Under the pieces are notes generated by a model. The model had not been told where the DNA came from. It worked only from the letters and a program-made list of their open reading frames with translations, and did not search any database. Position numbers and translations under genes: made by a program. DNA of 64,000 bases. Source: Monocercomonoides exilis PA203. Taxonomy: Eukaryota > Protista > Preaxostyla. The stretch is from NCBI GenBank assembly GCA_001643675.2, contig LSRY02000002.1, positions 558,001 to 622,000 on the forward strand, given 5' to 3'. Below are positions 21,237 through 33,343 of this stretch, piece after piece (the stretch's first letter is position 1; each line of letters begins with the position of its first letter).

Positions 21237-24200
21237 TTAGCTGAGCGAGACAGACAGAAGGGAGCGAGTGGGTGTTATCAGAGAAGGAGAGAGCAGCGAG
21301 CGAGAAGGGGCAGGCTGCTCAGCAGCCTTCGCAGTCTTCGCAGGTGTCCCTGTCAGATGCTGCTTTCTCGGTGACTCGATGATGTTGACAAGACGGCGGA
21401 ACTGAGGCGACTGGACAGCGGAGAAACCTTCGGATGTCAATCCTGATGAATATGAGGAGGAAGAGGAAGAGGAGGGAGAGGAGGAGGAAGATGATGAAGG
21501 AGATGAGGTAGAGAAAAGAGGAGCAGAAGAATATGAAGAAGAAGGTCTGGAGAACGATGAAGGAGAAGCAGCAGTCAGCGTCGAAGCTGATGGGGCAGTA
21601 GAAGACAGATATTGCGAGTTTGCAGAACGAGAAGAGTAAGAAGTGAATGAAGAAGAGGACGAGGAGGAGGAAGAGGAAGGCGGCTTTGGAGAAAGAGAAG
21701 AGAAAGAAGGAGTGCGAGTGGATGTTGCTGTTGATGGCATCTGTCTTGTCTGTTTATTCTGCTGTGTATATGATGACTGAAGATAAGACGAAGATGAAGA
21801 TGAGGGAGAGGAATATGAAGAGGAATATGAAGAGGAAGAGGAAGAAGAAGGCAAAGCAGACGAAGGCATTCCTTGGCTGGGTGAAGAGCGATACGAAATC
21901 TGTGACGGCGAGCTGCGTGTTCTGAACGAAGAAGGCGTGGAATATGAGGAAGAGGGCGACGAAGCTGCATTATATGACTGATACTGCGACTGAGACTGTG
22001 GCTGTGGTTGTGACTGTGGTTGTGGCTGGTGGATGTGTGTCATTGGCGAGAAAGATGAGGACAGACGGAGTGATGCAGTGACCATCTCGTAGAACGCTGC
22101 TTTCTCTGCCATCGCCCGCTCTTCTTGCTCGCGCCGCTCAAACTCAGCCTGCTCTTCTCTTTCTCTCTCGCGCTGTTCCTCTTCTTCTCTCCTCTTCCTC
22201 TCTTCCTCTTCTGCTTTCGCTTCCATCTCTTTCTTCAGTTTTTGCTCCATTTCTTCCTTTAGTTTTCTTTCCATTTCAGCTTGCTTTTCTCTTCTCTTCT
22301 GCTCCTTCTTCGCTTTCAGCATCTTCCTCTTCGCTTTCTCTTTCCTCAGCGCCTTCTGCCGCTTCTCTTCTCTTTCTCTTTCTTCCTTCTCCATCTTCTT
22401 CCTTTCCATCTCCAGCACATTCATCAAAGCAGCAATCATCTCCTTCTCTTTCTCCCAAAACTTCTCTCTTTCGTCTTCCATCTGCTTCAAAAACGTCGTG
22501 TTCTCTTCAACTGCCTTCGCTGCTCTTTCAAATACTTCTTCATTTTCGTTCTTCTGCTTATTTTGGCGCTTGTTTTGACGTTTTGCTTTTTTCTCTTTTC
22601 TTTCTCTTTTCTCTTTTTTCTGTTTATTTTGCTTCTTCTTTGCTTTTTCCTTTGTTTTTTCTGTCGAAGCTTTCGATGAAATGGCATTACGAGGCTTTGT
22701 TTCCAATTCTTCCTCTGATTCTTCATGGATGCTCTCTTCTTTGTGCTGAACACTGCTTTTCTCATCTTTTTTGTCAATCACTTCTTTCTTTTCTCTTTCG
22801 GAATGCTTTTCAGAATCTTCTTCTTCTTCTTCGTCGTCCTCTACTTCTTTTTTGTCTTTATCATCATAATCTGTTTCATCAGTGTCGTCCTCTAATTCAC
22901 CTTTGATTTCGTCTCTGGAACATTCAGATTCTTCATCTTCATCTTCATCATCATCGTCCTCCTCCTCCTCCTCCTCCTCCTCATCGTCATCACTATCATC
23001 GTCATCATCATTATTATCATCATCCTCTGTGTCTTCATCCTCGTCTGTTTCACTGTCTTCTTCCTTATCCAGTTCAGAATCAATGTCACTTTCATCTTCT
23101 TTCGACGTATCGTCTTCTTTCGCAGTCTCTTTTTCTTCATCATCAGAATCTTCTTCGCTCATGCTTTCTCTTTGATCTTCTTTAGTTTTTGGTTGTTGTG
23201 TGCTTTTGCTGTCAAATTTCTTCTGCTTTTCACTGGAGTCTTCATTTTCTTTTATTTCACTTTCACTTTTCTTTAACAAATTTGATTTTTCGTCTCTTTT
23301 CTTTTCTTTTTCTTTTTCATCGTTTGATTCAATCGCTTCTTTTTCTTTTTCTTCTTCTTCTTTTTCTTCGTCTTCTTTGTCTGTGTTTGAAGATGACGAT
23401 GCAGAAGAAGACGAAGAACTGGAGGAGGAAGCGAAATCTTCATTTTGCGTGTCTTTTTCTTGGCTTTCAGTCTGCTCCATTTCATCTTTTGGCTCTTCGT
23501 CTATTTTTGACAACTGAATAAATCAGTGAACGAGCAGAAACAACAGCAGAGAAGGCAATCACAGAAATGTAATGTTCATTAAAGAAAAAATGGAGAAAAA
23601 GAAAACAATAAAAGAATAAGTAAAAAAACTCAAAAAAAAAATCAAACAGTTTTTGTTCGTGCCAACATGTTACAAGTATCGCCGATACTTTTCTGTACAG
23701 TCAAGCCAAGATTAAACCAATTGTCCTGTTGCGAATATAATGTAGAATATATTTTTATATGAAAATTTACATGAAAAAAAAATATATGTTATCAAAAAAG
23801 ATAGAAACAATGAAATTAATATTAAAAATAAAGTATATTTGAAATATCATACAAGCTGCTCTCCTTCAATTTGCGCCAGTTTTTCGATTTCCACAACTTT
23901 CCCAATCATGTCCATATATTCCTTTTCTTCTTTCGTTTTGCCGTCATCTTTCCCTTCTTCTTCATTCATTTTTTGCCTTTCAGTTATCTTCCGCATCAAA
24001 TCGGAGTCTATTCCATATTTCTGCATGATGTCGTGTGCTGCTTCTTTCTTCTTTTCAACCTGCTCTTTCTGCGCTTGAATGCTTTCCAAAAACATGTCCA
24101 TTTTTTCTTTCAGAGAGAAAATTTCTTTCGTATACTCCGATAAGCTCAAAGTTTTGTTTTGAAATCTGGTTTGAATTAACTGGAAACGACTGAGAAACTG

Positions 24201-25018
24201 AAGCAACAAGAAAAATATTCCACACACATTTAAATTTATTGTGAAAAGTTCAATGATTTTATAAGAAAAATTAAAAAAGATACCCCTTCGAAAAATTGTT
24301 TATTGGTTTCGTTTGAATCATTCATCTCAGAAAATGCTGATCCTTTCCTAGCCTCTTGCATTTGTTGTGGTTGTTTCAAATCTTGCTTTTCCTACAGTTC
24401 ATTAGTTTTTTAAAATTTCATTATAAAAGAGAAGATATAACTTTTCAAACATTTGTTTTATATGATAATGAAAGTTGTTTCTCAATTGAAACTTTAATTT
24501 TATCTGAAATTGAAATCCATTCTCGCTATATTAATGAATAAATAATTACAATACATGCAATACTTACAAAATAGTACAGCAAACCAATTGATAAATTTTA
24601 ACATCAATAATCTGCTTCATTTCATCGAGTTTTTTAGGTAGTTCTCGAGCCTTTGCATCATTTGGCGCACTTAACAACGCTTCACTAGCCTGTGGAATCA
24701 ATGCATTTATTGTGTCGAGCTTCTGATTTAATTCTTCCATTTGAGTCTTCAGTTTTTCACTTAAATCAGTTAAAATTCCATGAACAGCTATCATTTCCTC
24801 ATTAAACTGTTCTATTGTGATTTTTCCTTCTGATAAATCTTCTGTCATTTTTTGACACTTGTCCATTGCCTAAAAATAAAATTAATTAGTCCACGAAATG
24901 AAACCGTCAATTATATGAATCCTTGAACGTCAATAACAAAATTACAAACATGCTGAAGGATTATAGATGGAGAGAGTTCTGAGGCATTTTGCTGTTTTTG
25001 AATAGATTCGCTTGACAT
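21237..25018 (-). CDS. Multi-exon coiled-coil protein with acidic, Lys/Glu-rich and Ser-rich regions; function unknown
   Basis: The exon from ATG 25018 splices in frame to the ORF segments at 24.6-24.9, 24.3-24.4 and 23.85-24.2 kb. A probable small exon near 23.7 kb precedes the 758-codon terminal exon. The last junction is unresolved. Confidence 0.6.
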
Positions 25019-25182
25019 TTTGAAATATGACAATTACTTTTAATATTTGATCTTAAAAACATATTTAATTCAACTTTTCAAATTCAAAAAGAAAAAATGT
25101 TTTTATTATATTTTATCGATGAAAAACTTCACGATGAATATCACGAGAAAAAATAAGATCAAAATGCCCAACAGGAGAATAA

Positions 25183-25998
25183 ATGTTTCTTGAAGCTGGT
25201 AGAGATATCGAGATTGTGCCGTCCAGGAATTTAAATTACCTTTATATCCCATTGGATTGCGTTTGGCTTGTGCTTTTGCTTGTTTTGCTTTTCATCACGG
25301 GGAGGCACGCAACTTTCATTTGGTCTCTTTGTGGAGGAATTCTTTATTGGCTTGTTGATTTTGGAATTTTCCATCTCGCATTAAATGAGAGAAAAGTTGT
25401 TGGAGCAAATACTGCATTATTTTTGCTTTGGCTTTCGATGAGTTATGGAATCACAAATTTTGCTTATATTTGGCTTTGGCTTCGAAAAGATAAAAGAGCG
25501 ATTGAATTTACGATTCTTATCGTCTGTGAATGGATAACAACTCCTCTTGTTGCAGACAACTATGGTGCACCTTTTGGTCAAGTTTCTATTTCCCGTGGAA
25601 CTGGTAGTTATCATGGATTTATGGCAATTTTCCTTGCTGTGTCATATTCAATTGTGATTGTTTTGAATTTATTCCGCACAGATCCTAAAAAGCGTATCAA
25701 TTTATTGTGGCTGAATGCCATTGGCATTACCGTCCAGTTCGGATGGGAGTTTTCTCTTCTCATCACAGGAATTCGTCCAATGAACAAAAATAGCTTTTTC
25801 ACGCTTATCATTGATTCATTGGTTGAAACAAACCTTGGCCTACCTGCTATGTATGGAATCTTTTTGATTGTCAATAAAAAGTTTGGTGAAACGTTCTGGT
25901 TCAAAGACAGATTGAAAGCCCTTGCTGATCCTGAACCTGAGACAAAAGAAGAAGAAAAACCTCTTTTGCAAACATACACGATGGTCAATAATACCTAA
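25183..25998 (+). CDS. Intronless polytopic membrane protein (about 7 TM), bacterial-looking hypothetical family
   Basis: 271-aa ORF with multiple hydrophobic helices and motifs LVDFGIFH, LWLSMSYGITNFAYIWLW, RGTGSYHG. No low-complexity tracts. Confidence 0.75.
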   Translation: MFLEAGRDIEIVPSRNLNYLYIPLDCVWLVLLLVLLFITGRHATFIWSLCGGILYWLVDFGIFHLALNERKVVGANTALFLLWLSMSYGITNFAYIWLWLRKDKRAIEFTILIVCEWITTPLVADNYGAPFGQVSISRGTGSYHGFMAIFLAVSYSIVIVLNLFRTDPKKRINLLWLNAIGITVQFGWEFSLLITGIRPMNKNSFFTLIIDSLVETNLGLPAMYGIFLIVNKKFGETFWFKDRLKALADPEPETKEEEKPLLQTYTMVNNT

Positions 25999-26296
25999 GG
26001 CATATCATAAATTAGATTATCTTATTCTTTTCTGTTTAGATTATTATTTTTGAATTTTTTCTGAGTTCATTAAAACATTATTATATATGTAAATGATTAT
26101 TAAACCATGTCTTCATTTTCTCCATCACATTTTTATTTTCATACAGGATTAAATGCTTTTGGAAAATATGCACAGTACTTATTTTTGTTTATTTTTCGTT
26201 TGTTTTTTTCACAAAATCTAAATGATCCAATATACCAATATTAAAAATACATCTTATAATTTGACAATTTGAGGAAAACAAAATATATTTTTTAAA

Positions 26297-28319
26297 ATGT
26301 TGAGGAGCTTTTCACCATCTTTATTTGTTCCACTTTCAATTTCACCAACTATCGCAACACAAAAGCTCCTTCAAGTTCATTCTTTTCATGCTTTTGTCGA
26401 AACACTTCAAGGTATCGAATTTGTTATAAATCATTTCCATTTTATCGATTGTCCGAATTATAAATAATTTAGAACATTCGTATCTTGGAAGAGCCTCTCC
26501 ACGTTCGAGTTTACTGATTTCACTTGGAGCATTTAGAGAAACAATTCGTCACGTTCCCTTTTTACAGTTGAGGAAAATTGCAGATTATAAATTTTGTCTT
26601 TCTTTAATGGAATTATATATTGCATCACCTCAAGGCTCAGACATCCAATTTATGATTATGTGCCTTTCTGAAGACATTTCTTTTCGTGGAGTGCTTTTTG
26701 TGGGAAATGGAGAACAAAATGTTTGCCAAACTACATTCCCTAAATCAGGAATTCAATTTTCAATGGAATCCACAATTAAAAATGAACGTGGGCTTATTCA
26801 ACCAACGAGAAAGGCTCATGCAGTTTTTACATTTACTTATATTTCGAAAGCAAGGTGGATTGACTATGATCATTTTCTTCTTATTTCACCAATTCTTGCT
26901 GATGAAATTACGCAATCCATTGAAACACCTCATCAACAAATACGAGTCGAACGAGCTTTTTCTGCTCTTTATTGTTTAGCTGAGAGTGAAAGTTTGTTGG
27001 TTTTTAAACTTTGATTTTCAAATTACAGCATTTTATTAACTTTTTTGAACAAACTTCGTGGTTCAACTTTCATGATAGTGCATCTTCCATGGATTTTAGA
27101 GAAAAAACTTGATGGATATGCGCTAGCTGCACTTGCACGCCATTCAAAGCAGCTAAAAAAGAGACTTGTCGAACAACTTGAATCATCTGCAAGCCAATCG
27201 ATTGTTCAGCCTTCTTTAACAAGTAATTTCAATCAATTGTCTAAGTTAAGTGTATGCTGGGGAATGTGGGCACTGGGACGGTTGTGTGGGTGGAAAGAGG
27301 AAAAACTGATTGAAATAAATACCAAAATAGACATCATGACTTTGATGGAAGAAGTTTTAGGGGTATATGATGAAAATGAGGATATGCTTGAGGCTTCTAA
27401 TGAAATATCTCCAAACATATCTTCAATGGTGCGTGAATCGAAAGACACTAGTGAAAAAGACGGAAATGGAAATGATGAATGCTTCTTTGATTGCAATGGA
27501 GCAAATAACAATAATGAAGAATCAGATTGCGAAGCAACTAACATTTTTGACGGTGAAAACGAAGCTAATGAAGATTTCAGCCATTCATCAAGGAGAACTC
27601 CAGTCAATCAACAGCGCAATACACACCGAAAATCTGCAGAAGAGAAGGAAAGAGAGCAATGTGCCATTTCAGATGGATTGTGGCTTTTGTGGCACATTTT
27701 GATAGGAGCACCGCGAATGGTGGTGATATTTGTGAAGCGGAAGGAGCTAGTGGAAAAAGTTATTGGGCTGATGCAGCGGAAACACAAATCAAAGGCGTCT
27801 GCGGAAGGAACAGAGAAAAACGCTGAGTCAACAGATCAGATGGAGAGGAAGCCGAGTACAGAGAGCATGTCGGCATCAACAGGGATGTATGGAGAATGGA
27901 GGCAATCACTCAGAAAAGAGGCGATTGAAGAAGAGGAGGCGCACGAGCGAGACGTGCGGACGGAGTGGCGGATGGTGTCTGTGCGCATCATCGGGCAGTG
28001 CATCCGCGCGGGGATGATGAAGAACATCCCGCTGATCATCACACACCACGGCGTCACTGGAATCATCGAGCGCCTCAGCGACGCTGCTGAGTGCAACAAC
28101 TGCCTCCGGAGCTCGGCTGCTGTAGCCATCCGCCACTTGTTCCGCAGGTTCCGCGACGAGAAGCACAACCACCTGTGGACAGCGTGGGCAATGAGGGCAA
28201 GAGACGAGTGCGAAGACGCGGGAGTAATGGACATAATGATTAGTCTGCTTTTTTGTTCGTTTATTGATCAGCTTGATCAAAAACGGTTTTTAAGTGAAGG
28301 GCTAAGCTGGGACTTCTGA
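26297..28319 (+). CDS. Hypothetical protein with a possible beta-rich (MATH-like) N-terminus and ARM-like helical C-terminus; introns about 26412-26472 and 26992-27028
   Basis: GT-AG introns join three exons in frame. The C-terminal DECEDAGVMDIMISLL resembles the end of the 3.8-8.1 kb protein. Confidence 0.6.
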
Positions 28320-28683
28320 ATTGAGATTTAAAGAATAATTTATTATCGTATTTGTTTTTCGTTTGCTTTTTGTGTTTGCATCATGTTTATGTTCTTTTCA
28401 TGTGTTTTCAAATTTTTGTTGTTTCTATTTTATACATTTATTTTTTGTATTAGATTTTGTTCATTGTTTTTTCGTGTAATATGCAACATATCATTGACTT
28501 TGTTACAATCCCGTTTAATTTATTATCATTTCTATGTTAAAGTGTGATACTTTTTGTATCATCAAATAATTCTTGGAATTTCATTGATTTAAAGACTTTT
28601 TTTATAAAAAAATATACCGGAGAGGCAATTTCTTTCTCGATTGTCCATGCTGTGAGTAAAGTTTTAAAAAAACAAGGAAGTGC

Positions 28684-29985
28684 TTATGCTTTTACGGTTT
28701 TCTTTGGTGCTGGCTTGCTTGCAGCAACTGCTTTTGGTGCTTTCTTTGCGACTTTCTTTGGAACATTCTTTGGTCCCTTCTTTGCTCCTTTCTTCTCAAC
28801 TTTCTTTTCAACTTTCTTCTGAACTTTCTTTTGGTCTTTCTTAGCATCCTTCTTTGCATCCTTCTTCTTAGCTTCCTTTGCTGCCTTCTTTGCTTTCCTC
28901 TCAGCTCTCTTTTGTTCTTTCTTGCTCAACTTCTTTGGTCCCTTCTTTGCTGCAACTTTCTCGAGGATCTTCTTTCTGTAAGCCTTTCTTGCTTTCTTTG
29001 CAGCTTTTTCAGCTTGTCTCTTTGCCTTCTTTTCAGCAAATCTCTTGGCTGCTTCTGGATCTTTTTTAATCATCTCGGCTTTCTTGATTTGAATCAATGC
29101 ATCTCTGACTTTGTTCATTCCCTTTCTTCTGTATTTGCGAAGTTGAATTGCGTGCATCTTGATTGCCTTTTGCTTGCGGTAGTAATATGCTTTTGATTTT
29201 GCGAGACGTTCTTTCTCCAATTTTGAGATGATACCAGCATATTTCCATCCAACTTGGGAAGCAAGATCACCCAGACGTGTGTATTTTGACTCAGCTTTTA
29301 AGTTAAGAACGCGAAGTGCATCTGGAATAACCATTCTCTTCACTTTCTGGTATTTTGGTGGAACACCATCAAATACCTTCAAGCGCTTGAGGGCTTCCTG
29401 TCCACGAGTGGATTTGTGAGGAAGCATACCTCTGACGGCTTTATAGATCATCATGGAAGGTGCGCGATAGTGAACATGACCTCGAGCGGGGTTGTGTCTC
29501 ATGGTTTTGTGCAGATATTGCATGAAGAGGACTTTATGATGCAGAAGATGATTTGGTCAAATATTTATAAAAGAATAATAAAAGAAAAATGAATTGCATA
29601 CTCTTATTACGGAAAACTATCCCATCAAAAAAAGATATGAAATGTTAAATGATGGATATGAAATCCAACATATACATAGTGAAAATTGATTATGCAAATG
29701 GATAATGAAAAAAATTGATTCAAACATGATCCAGAAACGTTAGCCTCTTCACAACGAACCAAAACGATGTGTTGCCCCTTTAACAGTTGCTTTGCAACAA
29801 CTGAAGCGAGCCTCCCCTTTAAATGTCTGAAAATATGATCAAAGTTATTGATAATAATTCATTCAATCGCAGAAATCACAAATTGAAAGAATATAGACAA
29901 GCAAAATAGTGTCGAAAAAAATAAAAATAATCTTATCAGCATAAAACAAAACATGCCCTTTGCAATCTACAACGATAGTTCTCAT
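28684..29985 (-). CDS. RPL13A: 60S ribosomal protein L13a (uL13) with Lys/Ala-rich C-terminal extension. Exons 29985-29957, 29826-29726, 29616-29602, 29531-28684
   Basis: Spliced translation [48 protein letters not shown]...[13 protein letters not shown]...RGMLPHK...LKVFDGVP. Confidence 0.97.
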
Positions 29986-30301
29986 TTTTACTCACGGCGA
30001 GATCAAGACTCGACTCAAAGACGGATATATCGAGATCTTTTTATACCATAATTCGATTACTGAAAAAAACGTGAAAAATTATATAATCAATTAATCATTT
30101 CTTTGCTTTCAAATATTAATAAATACTCAATGAGAAGTAATTTTTCAATTTGTTTTGCCGCTTTAAATTGAGGCATTATCTTTTGAAAAAATGTTAGACA
30201 AAGTTGAACTTTTCCTTCCTAATTTCATTAGTGCACAAAAATGCAATATAAATTAACAAATATTAAATACACTTGCGGAATATGCATATGTATTTATTTC
30301 A

Positions 30302-32202
30302 TCAAGTTTTTGCTCCTGATGTATGTGAAAGTGAATCATAATTCTCAATGATTTGCTCAACCTCACACAAACAGTCTTCAAAGTGATCTTTTCCAATGCC
30401 AAATTTTTCATAGTGATTCAGATGTGCGCCGATCGAGCTCATAACCAGTGCATTCTGCATCATCGTCTTCAGCGGCGAGAGGATGGCCTGTGAATTCGAG
30501 AGGACAGCGCTGTATGTTGGGAGGCTCCGGAAGGAGACCGAAGAGATCCACACATTCAGCCCTTGGATTGCCCAGGAAGGGAGCAGGCTCGGCTCATTGA
30601 ACCGCTCAATGCACTTGACTGTGTCCTTCGCATTGGTCGCGACTTGGAACTGGGTGCCCCGCATGAAGAGATCGTTCGAGAGCGAAATGCAAGGGGGTGC
30701 TGTTGAAAGAGGCAGATTTTATATGTTGTGCGGGAGATGTTGGTTAAAATAAAAATGAAATTAAAATAATTTTTGGAAAAAGAATTTTTTTGGAGAAAAT
30801 TCAGAAAATGATACAATTAAAAAAAAAAGAAAAGGAGAGAGAGAGAAGGGAACAAACCTATTGCAGACGAAACAGTTCTCACTCGATCTTCCGTCTGGGC
30901 ATTCAGCGCAACCATTTCAAAAAGGCGGCGGAGAAGAGAAGGCCAAGTGTCTTCTGTGTGCTTAAGCGCCTTCGCAGTGACATGAGGAACCGACTTGAAC
31001 GATAGCAGCTTAAAGCCCGGGTGTCCGGTGACTTGCGAGATGAGAGAAGAGGCAGACGAGCAGAGAGATGCTTTCCCCAGAAAGGAGAGCTCGAATGACG
31101 TGAGGGTTGTTGAAGTGCTGGCGGGTGATGTGGAAGAAGAAGAAGACGAAGAAGAAGGTGAAGCTGAAGAAGAAGAAGTTTGTGTTGGAAGGCTTAGAAG
31201 TGGAGCTGGAGAAAAGAGATTTAATGAGCCCTGTGGCCACAGCCCTTCTCGCGATGAAGAAGAAGCAAGAAGAGTTGGGATGCTTGACAATGAAGAAAGG
31301 GGAACAGGGCAGCTTGGGAGAAAAGCGCCAGCTATGTTCTCCGCAATGACTGTATTCATATCATTGAAAGAAGGCTCTTTTATTCCCAGCAATCGTGTGC
31401 ATGTGTTCCGAAGGACTTCATTTTCACTCACTATAATTGCATTGCTCACTTGATTCAGATGAGCAAGTGACAAAACTCCGTTGTAATTCTGAACCACAAC
31501 ATCTCCAGTTAAAAACGGCCAGGCTACCTGGTTTATAATAAGTGATGAAGGATATTCATCTCTTAAAATTTCCGTTAAACGAGTTCCTTTCAATAATTTT
31601 CATTTGATATTTAAAAACAAATAAAATCCAAAACCTACTCCTGAACCTGTTCCACCAGCAAGCGAATGAAGCATTAAAAAACCTTCAAAATTTGAGCATC
31701 TTTCAACTTCTTTTCGCGCCATTTCCAGAACTACTTCGTGCATAGTTTTGCTTAATCTCTGATAACTGTTAAATGTTTTAACAGAAAGTTTATTATGAAT
31801 AAGTGAATTTCAAAAAAAAATGAACATACCCAAAGGCCCAATTGTTTCCAGCACCACTTTCTCTTACAAATACATTTTTTGGATCATATTTCCATGTTGC
31901 AGATCGAGATGCTTCTTCAAGAGAACGAAGAACAACTTTATCTTCCATATCTACGAGAATGCAACGTGCTTCTGTTGGTTTTGGAAAATATCGTAGGATT
32001 TTGTTTTATGCAATCAAGCAATATAGAAATAAAATTTTTTCTCATGATATTTGCTCAAACTCTTTTTCTTTTCTTCATTTTCTTGAAAAAACAATTCTGA
32101 TGTATGTGGATCGTAATTAGCGTATTCTGTTGATAATATATCAAATAGTCGTGTTCCCATTTGATTTCCGTACTGCCCTAATTGAATTGTGAGAAGAGAC
32201 AT
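30302..32202 (-). CDS. TUBD1: Delta-tubulin (5 exons; last junction ambiguous)
   Basis: Motifs MSLLTIQLGQYGNQMG, ARCILVDMEDKVV, SGAGNNWAFGY, HSLAGGTGSGVGT, WPFLTGDVVVQNYNGVLSL, LSNSQ, and EQIIENY near the end. Confidence 0.92.
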
Positions 32203-32272
32203 CTTGTTCAATCAATAATTTCAATCATTTTAGATCGCATGGCCCGCAATTAATTTTAGTCAGTTTTTCTTT

Positions 32273-33072
32273 ATGTCTGGACTATCTGAAACAGTCTCAT
32301 CATATCCTCCACCCCCACCATGGGCTTCTTTATATGATGAATCTAATCCCACTCCACCACCTCCACCTCCTCCCCCAAGTCATGGTGAAACTTACAAATC
32401 ATTTGGAATACTTCTTACGGTTTGATAAAGAATAAGTAACTTTTTGTTTAAAGTGTTTTCCATATAAAAAGACTGTTAGTCAACTTCCGTCGTTTGCAGA
32501 TACAGGAAAACAGGAACTATTCAAAAGCCAACAATTTAAAGGTTTGTGCTTGAAGTTATTCATTTTCTCACATAGATTCTTCAATTTCAGACATTCCTGG
32601 AGAATTAAAGAGGCTAAATAAACTTCTGTTAGCTCTTTTTTATCAGCTTCTCGAATCATATAACAAGCCTCCTGAAGTTGTTTGTCTTTTTTATAATTTG
32701 ATTATTTCATTATTATATTTCATTTGGCAGTCTGGAAAACTAATTGATCAATGTGAATTGGTTTTTTTGAATCTTCATTATCTCCTCAATGAATGTAGAG
32801 AGACTCAGGTTTGTAAAAAGCACAATTTGAAATAGACTGTTTATTCATTTTTGAATTAACTAAATGCAATAGGCTCGAGAAGATCTGATATTAACACTTC
32901 GGAAGCAATTATTTTATCGAAAACAAGTAATAGAAAGACTTAGGACGTGTGAGCTCGTTTTATTCTGTCAATTTTATTAGTTATTTTCAGGAAACTATCG
33001 GCAGCTCAAGAGTCGTTAAAGGCATTAGAAAAATTTTCAAAAGTGGGAGCAGAACTATCTGGTACTCAATAA
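32273..33072 (+). CDS. MED7: Mediator subunit 7 (six short exons, not in the ORF track)
   Basis: Manual splicing gives SSYPPPPPWASLY...PPPPSHGETYKSFG...LPSFADTGKQELF...ELKRLNKLLLALFYQLL...VFLNLHYLLNECRETQAREDLI. All introns are GT-AG. Confidence 0.88.
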
Positions 33073-33343
33073 ATATTAAATCATGTTTTATAAATTGCAT
33101 TTCATTAATTTAGCATTTCATCATTTCACTTTTAACGAAAATCTTACAACTTTACAAAAAATAAAATACATTTCAATGAATTGCACTTTGTATCAACAAT
33201 GTTTTTTAATTAAAATTATCTATTTTTTATAAAACAATGACAACAAATAAAATTTCAACTTTGAAAGGGAAAGAAAAAACAATGAATGATGATGTGGATG
33301 AAATGAAAAACTGGAAGTGTATAAATCGAATTTAGTTTAATGT

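Noticed and set aside
29532-29956. Intronic C/D snoRNAs as in vertebrate RPL13A
   Set aside because: No convincing sense-strand RUGAUGA/CUGA pair with a terminal stem in these short introns.
30690-30870. Second non-canonical intron in delta-tubulin
   Set aside because: A canonical in-frame GTCTGC...CAG solution exists.
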